NCBI GenBank assembly: GCA_963822965.1
Contig: CAWGJT010000005.1
Coordinates: 160,001 to 224,000 of the forward strand
DNA from: an uncultured delta proteobacterium
GTDB lineage: Bacteria > Myxococcota_A > UBA9160 > UBA4427
Length of the DNA: 64,000 bases
Direction: 5' to 3'
Positions 29,139-39,837 of the stretch are shown here, piece after piece. The notes beneath the pieces were generated by a model that was not told the DNA's origin, ran no database searches, and saw only the letters and a program-made list of their open reading frames with translations. A program made the translations under genes and the position numbers. Numbering within the stretch: position 1 is the first letter of the stretch; each line of letters opens with the position of its first letter.

Positions 29139-29867
29139 ATGGATTCGGCACCGACCTCGAAGACCGCGAGCCTGGCCGGTGCGCTGGGGCTGGGGGCCGT
29201 ACTGCTCGCGGTGGCCGGCGTGCTGCTGGCCCAGATCGGGCTTCCGAGCATGGTCGGGTTCAACACGTTCCTGCTGGGTCTGCTCGCGGGCGTCATCGCC
29301 CTCGTCCTCGGTGCCATCGGCCTGTTCATCACCCGGGGCGGTCGGCCCGGCCGACCGCGCGCCTGGATGGGCCTCGCCGGCGGCCTGGTGATGATCGTGG
29401 TGGTGGGCGTCGGCGCCAGCCCGGGAAGCGGGCTGCCGCCCATCAACGACATCACCACCGACCTCGACGATCCGCCGGTCTTCGCGCCAGCGACCGCCGG
29501 GCACCGCAACCACGGCCGCGACATGGCCTATCCGGAGGACTTCGCGCCCCTCGTGCGCGCCGCCTATCCGGACCTGCATCCGATCCACCTGGACGTGGCG
29601 CCCGCCGCCGCCTACGCCCGCTCGCTGGCCGCCGCCGAGTCCCTCGGCTGGCAGATCGGCCGGCGCGACCCCGCGGCCTTCACCTTCGAGGCGGAGGATG
29701 CGAGCGCCCTCTTCCACTTCGTGGACGACGTCGTCGTGCGGGTGCGCGCCGCGGACGGCGGCTCCCGGGTGGACGTGCGCTCGAAGTCGCGCGACGGCCG
29801 GGGCGACCTCGGCGCGAACGCGAACCGCATCCGCGCCTTCGCGAAGACGCTCGCGGAGCCCGGCTGA
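29139..29867 (+). CDS. DUF1499-like membrane protein
   Basis: Three TM segments, then PPINDITTD...YPDL.P...F.FVDDVVVRV...VDVRSKSR.G.GDLGANANRI. Confidence 0.85.
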   Translation: MDSAPTSKTASLAGALGLGAVLLAVAGVLLAQIGLPSMVGFNTFLLGLLAGVIALVLGAIGLFITRGGRPGRPRAWMGLAGGLVMIVVVGVGASPGSGLPPINDITTDLDDPPVFAPATAGHRNHGRDMAYPEDFAPLVRAAYPDLHPIHLDVAPAAAYARSLAAAESLGWQIGRRDPAAFTFEAEDASALFHFVDDVVVRVRAADGGSRVDVRSKSRDGRGDLGANANRIRAFAKTLAEPG

Positions 29868-29907
29868 GACCGGACCCACGCCGGCCGTCCGGCCCTCGGC
29901 CTCCGCC

Positions 29908-31545
29908 TCAGCCCTCGATGCCGAGCGCTTCCATGGCGGTCTGCTTCGCCCAGCGATAGTCGGCCTTGCCGGACGGCGCCCGGGTGATGGTGTCCACGTA
30001 GACGAAGGCCTTGGGGAGCTTGTAGGCCGCGATGTGCTCCCGGGCCACGTCCTTCATGGACGCCTCGGTGGGCTTGCGGCCCGACCGGAGCTGCACGATC
30101 GCGGTCACCTGCGAGCCCCAGCGCTCGCTCGGGGTCCCCACCACCACCGAGTCGTAGACGTCGGGATGGTGCTTGAGGGCCTGCTCCACCTCTTCCGCGA
30201 AGATCTTCTCGCCGCCGCTGTTGATGGTGACCGAGTCGCGCCCCAGCAGGATGAGCTTGCCGTCGGCGGCGACTCGCGCCCGGTCGCCGGGCACGGAGTA
30301 GCGAACCCCGTCGATGGTCGGGAAGGTGCGGCGGGTCTTCTCGGCGTCCTTGTAGTAGCCCAGCGGCACCCGCGCCTCGCGCGCGAGCCAGCCCGTCTCG
30401 TCCGAGCCCGGCTCGAGCTTCGCCGTGAGCGCGTCGTTCAGCACCAGGCTGCCCGGCGCCAGCTCGAAGGAGCCGCTGGTGGGCTTGCCCTCCGACGTGG
30501 AGGCCTGGCTCGCCTGGCTGCCCGTCTCCGAGGAGCCGAGGGCGTCCAGCAGCCGCACCTTCGGCAGCCGCGCCAGGATCTCCGCCTTGAGGCCGGCGGT
30601 GAGGATCGCGCCGCCCGAGCTCAGCAGGAACAGGCTCGACAGGTCGTACTTCTTCTTGTCGAGCTGGTCGATCAGGGGCCGCGCGAAGGCGTCTCCCACG
30701 ATCAGCAGGCTGTTGGCCTTCTCGCGCTCCACCGTGGACCAGATGTCGTCGGGGTCCAGGTGGTCCACCTTGGAGTTGACGACGACCGTGCCGCCGATGT
30801 GCCACATGATGAAGGCCACCCAGTGGGCGGCGCCGTGCATGAAGGGCGGTGCGGGCAGCGCGCGAATCGGGGGAGATGCCTTCGCCCGCTCCTGGATCTC
30901 CTCCAGGCTCCCGGGATTCCAGTTCGACACGAGGGCGCCGTAGAAGATGTCCTCCTGGCGCCACAAGACGCCCTTCGGCATGCCCGTGGTGCCGCCCGTG
31001 TACAGGATGTAGAGGTCGTCGGGGGACAGGTCGTCCGGGGGCGGCGCCGGGCTCGCCGCCGCCAGGGCGGCCTCGTAGTCGATCGCCCCGGGCAGCAGCG
31101 CGTTTCCGGACTCGTCCGCCACCTGCAGCCAGAGCTTCACCTGGGAGAGCTTCGACTGGATCTTCTCGAGCACCGGCGCGAACCGGGCGTGGAAGATCAC
31201 CGCCTTCGCGTCGGAGTTGTCGAAGAGGTAGACGAGCTCCTCCTCCACGTAGCGGTAGTTGACGTTGAAGGGCGCGCAGCGGGCCTTGTAGCTCCCGACC
31301 ATGCCCTCGAGATACTCGTTGCCGTTCAGCAGGTAGAGGGCCACGTGGTCCTGGCCCGACTGCCAGCCCTCGAGCTCGGAACGCTCCGTGTGGCAGCCCA
31401 GGCCGTGGCTGCGCAGCAGGTTGCCCAGGCGCCGGGTGCGGTCCTGCACCTCGCGCCAGGTGAAGTGCTTGTCGCGAAAGACGATGCACTCGCGATCCGG
31501 GATGACGTCTGCAATGGCTTCGTGAATGCGGCCGAGATTCATCAT
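29908..31545 (-). CDS. Acyl-CoA synthetase (FadD19-like AMP-binding enzyme)
   Basis: NVNYRY, YTGGTTGMPKGVLWRQ, GYYKD.EKT..TF, GD.A and INSGGEKIFAEEVE. Confidence 0.92.
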   Translation of the reverse strand: MMNLGRIHEAIADVIPDRECIVFRDKHFTWREVQDRTRRLGNLLRSHGLGCHTERSELEGWQSGQDHVALYLLNGNEYLEGMVGSYKARCAPFNVNYRYVEEELVYLFDNSDAKAVIFHARFAPVLEKIQSKLSQVKLWLQVADESGNALLPGAIDYEAALAAASPAPPPDDLSPDDLYILYTGGTTGMPKGVLWRQEDIFYGALVSNWNPGSLEEIQERAKASPPIRALPAPPFMHGAAHWVAFIMWHIGGTVVVNSKVDHLDPDDIWSTVEREKANSLLIVGDAFARPLIDQLDKKKYDLSSLFLLSSGGAILTAGLKAEILARLPKVRLLDALGSSETGSQASQASTSEGKPTSGSFELAPGSLVLNDALTAKLEPGSDETGWLAREARVPLGYYKDAEKTRRTFPTIDGVRYSVPGDRARVAADGKLILLGRDSVTINSGGEKIFAEEVEQALKHHPDVYDSVVVGTPSERWGSQVTAIVQLRSGRKPTEASMKDVAREHIAAYKLPKAFVYVDTITRAPSGKADYRWAKQTAMEALGIEG

Positions 31546-31611
31546 GGGGGTGGTGCGTCCTTTCTCCGTTTCTCTTGCGGGTCTCTGTTCGGGATCGCGG
31601 TTCCGGGTGGC

Positions 31612-32550
31612 CTACAGCCCCTTGCACAGGGCCCGGATGGCCATCAGCCCGTCGATCGTGGGCGCCACGCGCCCGGGCGGACCGCCCGGATCGAGCGCCG
31701 CGAAGCCGCCGTCGGCCGCCTGCTCGTCCAGAAGACGGTCGAGCAGCTCCGCGACGTCGAACGTCGCGCCGGGAAGCGCGCGCGCGTCGCAGTAGAAGAG
31801 CACGCGCAGCACCTGCACCGCCTCGAAGCGATGGGTGCGGAATCCGCGTTCGAGCTCGCGGCCGCACCACTGCAGGGCCTCGTCGGCGAGGTCCGGCGCG
31901 CCGCCGTTCGCGAAGAAGTGCGCGAAGGCGGAGAGCCCCGGCAGGGCGCCGCCCTCCACGCGCTCCGGCGCCCACAGCCCGGACAGGAAGCGTCCCGCCC
32001 ACTCGCTCACCTCGGGGCGTACGAACGGCGTCCGCAGCGCATAGCCCGCCAGCATCCCGGTGGCGAAGATGCGCTCTTCGGGGGCATCGTCGTCGCGCGT
32101 GGGGTCGACGGTGCCCCAGGATCCGTCCGCCCGCTGCTCCCGGGTGAGGTACTCCACCGCGCGTTCGCTGGCGGGCGCCGTGAGCCCGCGCACGTCGGCC
32201 AGGACCGCGAGCGCCTCGAGACATCCCACCAGCCCGGGGGCGAGACGTCCCCGGCGCAGCTCCGCGGAGGCCGTCCCGGCGAAGACGCCGCCCAGCGGCT
32301 CGAACGATCCATCGTCGCGCTGCAGCGCGGCCACGTGCTCCCCCACGGCGGTGGGGGGCTCTGCCTCGAGCACCACGTGGGCGCGCAGGACGGCCAGGGG
32401 ATCGCCGTAGTCCACGAGGAACGCGAGCCCGCGCTCGAGGGCGGTCGCCGAGCGCTCGCGCAGGGCCAGCACCATGCGGGCGTCGGCGTCGGCCGCACCG
32501 GCTTCGCCGGGCGCACCGAGGCCGCCGATCTGGATCACGTCGTCGGACAC
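31612..32550 (-). CDS. Protein with prenyltransferase/squalene-cyclase-type QW repeats
   Basis: Three Q-x-x-DG-S/G-F/W motifs (QRDDGSF, QRADGSW, QAADGGF). No DxDD motif seen. Confidence 0.65.
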   Translation of the reverse strand: MSDDVIQIGGLGAPGEAGAADADARMVLALRERSATALERGLAFLVDYGDPLAVLRAHVVLEAEPPTAVGEHVAALQRDDGSFEPLGGVFAGTASAELRRGRLAPGLVGCLEALAVLADVRGLTAPASERAVEYLTREQRADGSWGTVDPTRDDDAPEERIFATGMLAGYALRTPFVRPEVSEWAGRFLSGLWAPERVEGGALPGLSAFAHFFANGGAPDLADEALQWCGRELERGFRTHRFEAVQVLRVLFYCDARALPGATFDVAELLDRLLDEQAADGGFAALDPGGPPGRVAPTIDGLMAIRALCKGL

Positions 32551-32656
32551 GGGACCATGCTAGCAAGAGGAGGCCGCCGTCCCCGGGATCGTCCGGCGTG
32601 GACAGCCGCGCGGACGTGGGTGAGCCTACCGGGGCAGCACCGCCCAGGAGCCCCGC

Positions 32657-33337
32657 TTGATCGAGCAGCTGGAGACGCTGGCCCCGCCGCAGCCGGGCCG
32701 ACCGGACTTCGCCGGCCCGGACCACCCCATGCGCAAGGTCACCCGACAGGTGGCCTTCGATCCCGAAGGCTGGACCCCCGAGCGGGCCTTGAAGGTGGCC
32801 GCCCTCTTCGACGGCATGGCTTCGTCGTGGCACGAGCGAGCCAGCGAGGAGCGTCGCGAGCCCCTGCGCGACGCCCTGCAGCGCGGAGGCCTGCGTCACC
32901 TCCGACGCGGCGAGGCCCGGGGACGGCTGTGCGTCGAGATCGGATCGGGCACCGGCTCGAGCACCGGAGACCTGGCATCCTGCTTCGAGACGGTGGTGGC
33001 CCTCGACCTCTCGCGCGAGATGCTGCGCCACGCGCCGCCGGCGCCCGGGCTTCGGGTCCAGGCCGACGCCTACCGGCTGCCGCTGCCCGACGGCGTCGCG
33101 GACGCGATCGTGCTGGTGAACGCGCTGCTGTTTCCGCGGGAGATGGCGCGCGTGCTCGCCCCCGACGGCACCCTCGTCTGGGTGAGCTCCCTGGGCGACC
33201 GCACCCCGATCCACCTGCCGGCGGAGGACGTCGACAAGGCGATGCCCGGGGGGTGGGTGGGCGTCGCCGCCGAAGCGGGCTGGGGAACGTGGTGTACGCT
33301 GCGTCGCTCGGAGAGCGACCGCTCGGCCCTGCGCTGA
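32657..33337 (+). CDS. Class I SAM-dependent methyltransferase
   Basis: [27 protein letters not shown] and [10 protein letters not shown]. Confidence 0.88.
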   Translation: MIEQLETLAPPQPGRPDFAGPDHPMRKVTRQVAFDPEGWTPERALKVAALFDGMASSWHERASEERREPLRDALQRGGLRHLRRGEARGRLCVEIGSGTGSSTGDLASCFETVVALDLSREMLRHAPPAPGLRVQADAYRLPLPDGVADAIVLVNALLFPREMARVLAPDGTLVWVSSLGDRTPIHLPAEDVDKAMPGGWVGVAAEAGWGTWCTLRRSESDRSALR

Positions 33338-33398
33338 GCGCGAGCGCGGCGCCGCGCGGCCCACTCCGTTCCCCGAAGCACAGCGTTCCGTTCCAACG

Positions 33399-35462
33399 AT
33401 GGGAGCCAAGAGCTTGCCCGACGAAGACGCCCGACCCGTGAACCGACTCGCCCACGAGACGAGCGCCTACCTGCGGCAGCACATGTACAACCCCGTGGAC
33501 TGGTATCCGTGGGGCCCCGAGGCGTTCGAGAGGGCCCGGCTCGAGGACAAGCCGCTGCTCGTCTCCATCGGCTACAGCGCCTGTCACTGGTGTCACGTGA
33601 TGGCCCACGAGTCGTTCGAGCACGCGGAGTCGGCGGCGATGATGAACGAGCTCTTCGTGAACGTGAAGGTGGACCGCGAAGAGCGGCCCGACGTGGACCA
33701 GATCTACATGGACACGGTGGTCCGGCTGACCGGCCACGGCGGCTGGCCGCTCACCGTGTTCTGCACGCCCGACGGCCGTCCGTTCTACGCGGGCACCTAC
33801 TATCCGCTGGAGCCGCGCGGCCCGGGCCCCACCTTCCGTCAGATCCTGGCGGCGGTGAACGAGGCCTGGACGAAGCGGCGGGACGAGGTGGAGGAGAGCG
33901 CCGGACAGATCCTGGCCGCCCTCGAAGCCCGTCCCGAGGGCGAGGCGAGCGGCCTGCCGGGCGTGGCCCGGCTCCTCGACGGCGCACGGCAGCTCATGCA
34001 GAGCGCCGACCTCGCGAACGGCGGCTTCGGCCAGGCCCCCAAGTTCCCGACCCCGACGAATCTCGAGCTGCTGCTGGCCGCGGCGGCGCTGGCCCCCGAG
34101 GCCGAGGCGCGCGGCCCTCTCGACCACTGCCTGCACAGCGCCCACGAGATGGCCCGGCGCGGGCTCTACGACCACCTCGGCGGCGGCTTCCATCGCTACT
34201 GCGTGGACGGCGTCTGGGCCATCCCCCACTTCGAGAAGATGCTCTACGACCAGGGCCTGCTGCTGCGCGTCTACGCCGAGCTCTACCGCCGGACCGGCGA
34301 CGACGAGCTCGTGTGGCCCATGCGCGAGACGATCGCCTACCTGCAGCGCGAGATGCGCGGGCCCGAAGGCGGCTTCTTCGCCAGCCAGGACGCCGACAGC
34401 GAGGGCGAGGAGGGACGCTTCTACGTGTGGACGCCCCTCGAGGTGACGGCCGTCCTCGGCGACGCAGCGCCGGCCTTCATGGAGGCCTACGGGGTGGACG
34501 AGCGCGGCAACTTCGAAGGCCACACCACCCACCTGATCGACCGCGCGCGAAGCCCGCGCGAGCGCTTCGCCGACGAGCGCGCGGCGCTCTTCGCCCAGCG
34601 CGCGGGTCGCGTGCCGCCGGCCACCGACACGAAGCGCGTGACGTCCTGGAACGGCTACACGATCTCGGGGCTCGCCCGCGCCGCCAGCGCCCTCGAAGAT
34701 GCCGCCATCCTGAAGCTGGCGGTGGACGCCGCGGACTTCGTGCTCACGCGGCTGCGCGGCGAGGACGGGCGGCTGCTGCGCGTGTTCGCCCAGGGACGCG
34801 CCCACGTGACGGGCTTCCTCGACGACTACGCGGCCATGCTCGACGCCTGCCTCGACCTCCATCGCGCCGGCGCGGGCGACCGCTTCCTCGAGCACGCCCA
34901 GGCCCTGGCCCGTGAGATCGCGGCGCGCTTCTACGACGCCGGGGCGCGCGACCTCTTCCTCACCCCGGCGGACGGAGAGCCCCTGGTACATCGGCCCCGC
35001 TCGGACAACGACGGCGCCACGCCGCACGCCGCCGGCCACGCGCTCTCGGGCCTGGTGCGGACGGCCGAGCTCTGCGACGACGCCGGGCTGGCGGGCGTGG
35101 TGCGGGACGTGCTCGCCACCCACGCCTTCGTGCTGGAACGGGCGCCGCACGCGTTTCCCACCCTGCTGCGGGCGGCGGCGCTCTTCGAGCGCGGTCTGTC
35201 GGTGGCGGTGGTGATCGGCGACCCCGAGAAGGACACCACGCGCGCCCTGCTCGCAGAAGCCCGCCGGGCGCTGGGGCCCGAGGACGCGGTGGTCCACGCG
35301 GCGCCGGGCGCCCCGACCCCGCCCGCCCTCGCGCCGTCGTGGCTGGCCGGACGCGAGCCGGAGAGCGGTCGCGCCACCGCCTGGGTGTGCCGCGGCACGA
35401 GCTGCTCGCTGCCCGTCACCGAGCCGGAGGGGCTCGCGTCCCTCGCGACGGCAGGCGCCTGA
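33399..35462 (+). CDS. YyaL/SPATA20-like thioredoxin-domain protein (DUF255)
   Basis: [50 protein letters not shown] and [10 protein letters not shown]. Confidence 0.95.
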   Translation: MGAKSLPDEDARPVNRLAHETSAYLRQHMYNPVDWYPWGPEAFERARLEDKPLLVSIGYSACHWCHVMAHESFEHAESAAMMNELFVNVKVDREERPDVDQIYMDTVVRLTGHGGWPLTVFCTPDGRPFYAGTYYPLEPRGPGPTFRQILAAVNEAWTKRRDEVEESAGQILAALEARPEGEASGLPGVARLLDGARQLMQSADLANGGFGQAPKFPTPTNLELLLAAAALAPEAEARGPLDHCLHSAHEMARRGLYDHLGGGFHRYCVDGVWAIPHFEKMLYDQGLLLRVYAELYRRTGDDELVWPMRETIAYLQREMRGPEGGFFASQDADSEGEEGRFYVWTPLEVTAVLGDAAPAFMEAYGVDERGNFEGHTTHLIDRARSPRERFADERAALFAQRAGRVPPATDTKRVTSWNGYTISGLARAASALEDAAILKLAVDAADFVLTRLRGEDGRLLRVFAQGRAHVTGFLDDYAAMLDACLDLHRAGAGDRFLEHAQALAREIAARFYDAGARDLFLTPADGEPLVHRPRSDNDGATPHAAGHALSGLVRTAELCDDAGLAGVVRDVLATHAFVLERAPHAFPTLLRAAALFERGLSVAVVIGDPEKDTTRALLAEARRALGPEDAVVHAAPGAPTPPALAPSWLAGREPESGRATAWVCRGTSCSLPVTEPEGLASLATAGA

Positions 35463-35463
35463 G

Positions 35464-36229
35464 ATGCCCGGCCTGCGCGGAATCGCGGAGCAGGTGGTGA
35501 TCGTGACCGGCGCAGGCAGCGGCATCGGCCGCGCGACCGCCCAGCGCCTCGCGGCGGAGGGCGCCCGGGTGGCCGTCTTCGATCGCGACGAGCCCGGAGG
35601 CCGCGAAACGGTGACCGCGATCGAGGCCGCGGGCGGCCGCGGGCTGGCATGCACCGTGGACATCACCGAGCCCGGCGGGGTCGAGGCCGCGGTGCAGTGG
35701 GTCGAGAACGAGCTGGGCCCCGCCACCGGGCTCGTCAACAACGCGGGCTGGGACGTGGCCCGCTCGTTCCTCGAGAGCGACCTGGCCCTTGTGGCGGAAG
35801 GTGATCGAGATCAACCTCGTGGGGCCGCTCATCGTCACGAAGGCGGTGCTCTCGCGCATGCAGGCCCGCGGCCGGGGCCGCGTCGTCAGCATCGCCTCGG
35901 ACGCCGGGCGCGTGGGCTCGTCGGGCGAGTCGGTCTATGCGGCCTGCAAGGGCGGCATCATCTCGTTCAGCAAGTCGGTGGCCCGGGAGCTGGCGCGCAC
36001 GGGCATCACCCTGAACGTCGTGTCGCCCGGCCCCAGCGACACGCCGCTGTTCGCGAGCTTCGACGAGACCGGCAAGCTCGCCAAGGCCCTGGAGCGCGCC
36101 ATCCCGATGGGGCGCCTGGGGCGACCCGAGGACTACCCCGGGATGATCGCCTTCCTGCTCTCGGACGACGCCGCCTTCATCACGGGCCAGACCATCAGCG
36201 TCTCGGGCGGCCTCACCATGCACGGCTGA
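35464..36229 (+). CDS. SDR oxidoreductase (BadH-like); apparent frameshift near 35789
   Basis: TGAGSGIG and VNNAGWD in one frame; WRKVIEINL, ASDAGRVGSSGESVYAACKGG and ITGQTISVSGGLTMHG in the next. Confidence 0.88.
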
Positions 36230-36278
36230 GACCGCAGAATCACCACCCTGCCCGGCCTGCTCGGCGTACGATGGACCC

Positions 36279-37523
36279 ATGATCCAGCGGACGCGCGCCT
36301 CTGCCCGACTTCGGGCGGCGGTAGTGGCCACCCTGTGTACGGTGTCGGCGCTGCTGTGCCTGGCTGGGAGCGCCGGCGCGGACGAGTTCCCCTGCAGCGA
36401 GGAGGGGCTCGACGCCGCGATCGCAGCCGCGCAGACGAGCCCCCACGGCCTCTCGTGCACCCCGGGCGACGTGATCCAGATCCACGGGGGCCGGTGGATC
36501 TATTCGAGCCTGATCCTCGACCTGGGTGGCGTGACCCTGGAGTGCATCGAAGAGCTGCCCGACCACCCCTGCGCGTACGTGCTCTACACGGGCAGCCTTT
36601 GCTTCTACGGCCCTCCGCGCGAGCCGCCGCTCTGCGGGCACACGACCTACGACCTGAGCCACTTCCGGCTGGACGGCACCTTGCGGATCGGTTACGGCGA
36701 TACCACTCTCCGGCACGTCACGATCACGCCACCCGACGACCCCCTCGACACGTCGCTTGGAATCTACGTCCCATCGTCGAATGGCGCGCCTGGGTCTGCC
36801 CCCACACCGGCGGGAGAGCTCTATCTCTACGACAGCAGCGTTTCCAGCAACGGAGATGCGATCCTGGCGTACGGGCGGATCCGCGTCGAGCGCTCGACCC
36901 TTTCGGCGATGCTCCCTTCGGCAGTCGGGCTGCGGGGCATGTCCTACACGACGAACGTCGTCGACTCGACGGTCGAGGAGATGACGATCGGTCTGGGGGG
37001 AAGCCTGGTCAACAGCACGATTGCCGCCCGGTCGCCGGACCGTCCAGCCTACGTGGACGATCGCTGCCACCCGAGCCCTGCGAACACGACCAGTGCGAAC
37101 ACGATCGTCGATGGCTTCTGCGTGATCGGAAACGACACTTGCACCGGTCTCCACTATTCCGGCGCGTTGCAGTCGAACGGGGGAAACGTGGAGGTCGGGG
37201 GCGACACCTGCCAGTTCACGGACGCGATGGATCAGACGGGTGTCACCCCGGAAGAGCTCGCCCTGGGCCCGCTCGAAGACAACGGCGGCCCGACCCTCAC
37301 CCGCGCGCTGGGTGAAGGCTCGGTGGCGATCGACGCCGCCGTCCTGGACGCGTGTCCCGACGTCGACCAGCGCGGTGCTCCCCGCCCGGAGCCCGGTGGC
37401 GTGGGCTGCGACGCCGGCGCGTTCGAGCTCCCGGAGCCCGACGCCCGGCTGCTCGCCGCGGTCGCGCTGGGCATGGCGGCCCTCCTGCGGCGCGCCGCGC
37501 ACCATCCGCGCCGGCCCGCCTGA
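36279..37523 (+). CDS. Secreted beta-helix-like protein with a choice-of-anchor-Q-type domain and a PEP-CTERM-like tail
   Basis: Signal peptide. LGPLEDNGGPTLTRALGEGSVAIDA...DQRG..R...CDAGAFE, then LPEP + TM + RR. Confidence 0.75.
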   Translation: MIQRTRASARLRAAVVATLCTVSALLCLAGSAGADEFPCSEEGLDAAIAAAQTSPHGLSCTPGDVIQIHGGRWIYSSLILDLGGVTLECIEELPDHPCAYVLYTGSLCFYGPPREPPLCGHTTYDLSHFRLDGTLRIGYGDTTLRHVTITPPDDPLDTSLGIYVPSSNGAPGSAPTPAGELYLYDSSVSSNGDAILAYGRIRVERSTLSAMLPSAVGLRGMSYTTNVVDSTVEEMTIGLGGSLVNSTIAARSPDRPAYVDDRCHPSPANTTSANTIVDGFCVIGNDTCTGLHYSGALQSNGGNVEVGGDTCQFTDAMDQTGVTPEELALGPLEDNGGPTLTRALGEGSVAIDAAVLDACPDVDQRGAPRPEPGGVGCDAGAFELPEPDARLLAAVALGMAALLRRAAHHPRRPA

Positions 37524-37586
37524 CCTGCCCCGTCGCTCGCGGACGCGCGCCGCGGGTCAGGCGCCCTGCACGCCCCTCTTCTGGTT

Positions 37587-38297
37587 CTACGGGTCCTTCT
37601 CGGTGCGGTCCTTCACCCCGTCTTTCGCGCCGGAGTAGCCACCCATCATCTTGTCGCGCACGGCCTGCATCTGCTCCGGGGTGAGGAGCACGGGTCCTCC
37701 CACCTGCAGCGTATTGAAGTACTGGTGGGCGAGGGTCTCCACCTCGACGAGCAGCCACATGGCGCCCGCCAGGTTGCCGCCCGTCACGATCACGCCGTGG
37801 TTCGCCAGCAGACACGCGTTGCCCTTTCCCAGGGCCTCGAGGGCGTGGCGCGAGAGCTCTTCGGTGCCGTAGGTGGCATAGGGCGCGCAGCGCACCGAGT
37901 CCCCGCCCGTCACGGCGATCATGTAGTGGAGCGGCGGAATGTCGAGCCCCAGGATCGCCACGGTGGTGCAGTACATGGGGTGGGCGTGGATCACGGCCTG
38001 GACGTCGGGCCGGGCCGCCAGGATGTCCAGATGGAAGCGCCACTCGCTCGAGGGCTTGAGCTTGCCCTCCCAGCTGCCGTCGAAGCGCATGGGGACCACG
38101 TGCTCGGGCTGCATCAGCTCATAGGGAAACGCGCTGGGTGAGATCAGGAAGCCCTCGCCGCAGCGGGCGCTGATGTTGCCCGACGTGCCCTGGTTGATGC
38201 CCCGCTCGTTCAGCTCGCGGCAGCGCGTGACGATCTCCTGGCGCAGCTTCCACTCGTTCTTCGCGAATCCCGGGGTGATCGGGCGCTCCTCTGCCAT
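37587..38297 (-). CDS. Class II aldolase (L-fuculose-1-phosphate aldolase-like)
   Basis: GTSGNIS, KPSSEWRFH, VIHAHP, HYMIA and LLANHG. Confidence 0.92.
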   Translation of the reverse strand: MAEERPITPGFAKNEWKLRQEIVTRCRELNERGINQGTSGNISARCGEGFLISPSAFPYELMQPEHVVPMRFDGSWEGKLKPSSEWRFHLDILAARPDVQAVIHAHPMYCTTVAILGLDIPPLHYMIAVTGGDSVRCAPYATYGTEELSRHALEALGKGNACLLANHGVIVTGGNLAGAMWLLVEVETLAHQYFNTLQVGGPVLLTPEQMQAVRDKMMGGYSGAKDGVKDRTEKDP

Positions 38298-38317
38298 CTC
38301 GTCTCCTCGCGGTCCGG

Positions 38318-39724
38318 TCACCCGATGCGCGTTCGCAGGTGGAAGGACTTGGGTCGCGTCAGGCTCTCGAAGCCGATGCGCGAGAGCGTGCAGCCCCGGC
38401 CCGAGTCCTTCACCCCCGTCCAGGCCAGCGCCGGGTCCAGGTAGTCGCAGCGATTCATGAAGAAGGTGCCCGTCTCGACCCGCGCGCCGATGGCCAGCGC
38501 GGCGGGCTCGTCGCGCGTCCACACCGAGGCCGTGAGCCCGTAGGCGCTGTCGTTCATGAGGGCCACGGCCTCGTCGTCGTCCCGCACGCGCATGATGCCC
38601 ACGCAGGGGCCGAAGCTCTCCTCGCTCATGACGCGCATGGAATGGTCGACGTCCACCAGGATCTGGGGCGCCAGATAGGCGGAGCCCGGCTCGTCCGCCG
38701 GGAAGTCGCGCGGGTCGAGCAGCGCGCGGGCGCCGGCCGCCACGGCCTCCGCGCACTGGCCGCGCACGAAGGCCGCGGCGCTCGCCCGCACCACCGGCCC
38801 CAGGCTGGTGTCCTCGTCGAGCGGGTTGCCCAGCCGCAGCCGGCGCGCCTCGGCGACGGCGCCCTCGACGAAGTCGTCGTAGACGTCCGCGTGCACGTAG
38901 ATGCGCTCGATCCCGCAGCACGACTGGCCCGAGTTGAAGAACGCGCCGTCCACCAGATTCGCGACGGCGTGGGGCAGGTCCGCGTCGGCGCGCACGTAGG
39001 CCGGGTCCTTGCCGCCGAGCTCGAGGCCGAGGCCGATGAAGCGATCGGCGGCGGCGTGCACCACCGCGTGCCCGCCCGCCACCGAGCCCGTGAAGGCGAC
39101 GAAGTCGACGCCGTCGACGCCCCGGGCGGCGATCAGCTTCTCGGCGTCGGCGTGGCTCGTGTGCAGCACCTGGAAGACGCCCTCCGGCAGCCCGGCCGCC
39201 GCGAAGGCCTCGGCGAAGCGCTCGGCGCAGAGCGGCGTCTGCGCCGAGTGTCGCAGGATGACGGTGTTGCCCGCCAGCACCGCGGGCACCACCGAGTTCA
39301 CGGCGGTGAGGTACGGATAGTTCCAGGGCGCGATGGTCAGCACCACGCCGAGCGGCTCGCGGCGCACGAAGCGGGTGAAGCCCGGCCGGGGCTCCGGCTC
39401 CACCGGCGCCAGGGCGTCGGCGGCGATGTCGGTCATGTAGCGCGCCCGCTCCTCGAGCCCGCCCACCTCGCCGGGCGCGAAGCGGATGGGACGCCCCATC
39501 TGCCAGCTGAGCTCCTCGGCGATCTCGCGCTTGCGCGAGACGAAGGCGTCGACGAACGCGCCGCAGAGCGCCTGGCGCTCGGCGACCGCGACGTGCTTCC
39601 AGCTCCGGGACGCCTGCCGCGCGCGCTGGAGGGCCCTCGCGATCTCGCCGGGCTCGGCCAGCGGACGCTCGGCACGCACGCTCCCGTCGACGGGAGAGAT
39701 CACCTGCAGGACGGATCGGCTCAT
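38318..39724 (-). CDS. Aldehyde dehydrogenase
   Basis: APWNYP, FTGSVAGG, LELGGKDP, FNSGQSCC (catalytic Cys) and EESFGP. Confidence 0.95.
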   Translation of the reverse strand: MSRSVLQVISPVDGSVRAERPLAEPGEIARALQRARQASRSWKHVAVAERQALCGAFVDAFVSRKREIAEELSWQMGRPIRFAPGEVGGLEERARYMTDIAADALAPVEPEPRPGFTRFVRREPLGVVLTIAPWNYPYLTAVNSVVPAVLAGNTVILRHSAQTPLCAERFAEAFAAAGLPEGVFQVLHTSHADAEKLIAARGVDGVDFVAFTGSVAGGHAVVHAAADRFIGLGLELGGKDPAYVRADADLPHAVANLVDGAFFNSGQSCCGIERIYVHADVYDDFVEGAVAEARRLRLGNPLDEDTSLGPVVRASAAAFVRGQCAEAVAAGARALLDPRDFPADEPGSAYLAPQILVDVDHSMRVMSEESFGPCVGIMRVRDDDEAVALMNDSAYGLTASVWTRDEPAALAIGARVETGTFFMNRCDYLDPALAWTGVKDSGRGCTLSRIGFESLTRPKSFHLRTRIG

Positions 39725-39837
39725 GCAGACGCGCTCGACGGGCAGCGGCTCGCGGGAAGGCGGTGGGCAGGCATGGGGCGGGGGCGCATGGGGAAGGAAG
39801 GTAGACGCCCCAGGGCATCCATGCGTCCGGCAGGAGG

